Assembly: GCF_006345805.1 (NCBI RefSeq) | Contig: NC_042997.1 | Location: forward strand, 23,064,001-23,128,000 | Direction: 5' to 3' | DNA: 64,000 bases | Source: Octopus sinensis | Lineage: Eukaryota | Part shown: one piece after another, positions 63,011 to 64,000 of the stretch | Position numbering within the stretch: the first letter of the stretch is position 1 | How the letters are laid out: each line of letters starts with the position of its first letter | Notes under the pieces: model-generated | What the model saw: the letters and a program-made list of their open reading frames with translations, nothing else | What the model was told of the DNA's origin: nothing | Databases searched by the model: none | Program-made: the position numbers and the translations under genes

Positions 63011-63889
63011 AGTGGTCAAAGGAAGTGACATATATAACCAAAGGAAGGAGATATGGGACGATGGTCATCCAATTTAGGACAGTAGAGGAGACGAGGAAGC
63101 TGGCAAATTAGGCGGTGGATACAGAGGAAGTAGTGCTTCTGCCCACACACCTTGGAAGAAAGACTTCCAAGGTAAGGGTAGAAGCAATCCCATCTGATAT
63201 AGAAGTGGCTTAGGTGGCAGCGGCTGTCCATGTTGGAAGTGAGGAGAAAGTGGCTGTCCTTCAAGCCACAGATACGGAGGAAGGAGGTTGGAAAGGGAAG
63301 ACATTGGAATTGATTATACAGACAGAGGAGGAACAACTGGAGAGTTTGGCAGAGACGGTAACGTTGGGAGAAATTGTGCCGAGAGTGTGGGTAGAAGGCA
63401 GAGTACATGGGACAATAGCAGAAGAAACAGTTGTGGAGATGGAGGATAAAAGAGGAAGAAAAGACAGACGGAGGAAAGGCGGAAAAGGAGGAAGAATGGA
63501 GAATAACAGAGAGTAGAAGGAAAAAGAGAAAAAAAAGAAAACACTGAGTGTGATGTGGAAAAAGAAAAAAGAGCAGACACCACAGAATTTAGAAGACCCC
63601 TCCTCCGGTGAAAAAAGGTTACGAAAGAATATTGTCATTGAGTGATAGCAAGAGTGGAAATAGGACTTGACCAGAGACTAAAGACAAATTAGGACTCAGT
63701 GTGGAGTGAGTAGCACACTCTTCATATTTTCATTTTCAACTATCACGCATGTTACCATAATTTTAATTTGTTTTTCATGTTCATTTTCAGGTGTCATTCA
63801 TAATACCATATTTTATTTTCATATATTTTTTTAATTGTTATGTGTCCCCACATGTGTTGTAGTGTCCCCTCTATGTAAAGCCTTTATGG

Positions 63890-64000
63890 CTAATTTGATG
63901 AAATAAAGAAGCTTGCCTCCTAACCACATGGTTCCAAGTTCAGTCCCACTGTGTGACACCTTGGGGAAGTATCTTCTACTATAGCATCGGGCTGACCACA
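63890..64000 (+). mobile_element. tRNA-derived SINE head, cut by the window end
   Basis: gaagcttgcctcctaaccacatggttccaagttcagtcccactg, as at 23355-23400. Confidence 0.8.

Noticed and set aside
63070-63640. Ser/Thr-rich or Glu/Gly-rich protein ORFs
   Set aside because: Strand-asymmetric purine-rich low-complexity DNA (similar tracts at 1060-1400, 55640-55940, 58900-59350). The frames are broken by TGA and TAA and lack splice support.

Overview
AT-rich (about one third GC by eye), repeat-dense eukaryotic genomic DNA. The (ATG)n-tailed RTE/SINE repeats, tRNA-derived SINEs and TA/CA microsatellites are typical of octopod cephalopods (inference). Bases 728-36916 carry the 3' 20 coding exons of a kinesin-3 gene orthologous to KIF14 on the + strand. 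These run from the end of the motor through the neck, the FHA domain and the tail to the stop codon. The exon phases chain into one open frame of 2707 nt (about 901 aa), and the 5' part of the gene is outside the window. The first visible exon has no AG acceptor at the expected place (it reads ...ccttAA|ATATGCT). After the gene I could not identify a second protein-coding gene, only orphan exon-like segments on both strands and many transposon relics: RTE and CR1-like LINEs, SINEs, a maT/mariner transposase relic and three MITEs. The most striking unexplained structure is at 50.1-51.9 kb: three minimal type-I hammerhead ribozyme motifs with a compensatory U3-A8 core and a shared palindromic ACCGGT stem III. 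Two of them sit in a near-perfect 276-bp inverted repeat. Other items worth a look are a GC/CpG-rich promoter-like island in a KIF14 intron, a PHD-finger-like motif embedded in an RTE reverse transcriptase, and CR1 fragments in reversed order. All homology calls are from memory of the protein families; no database search was run.
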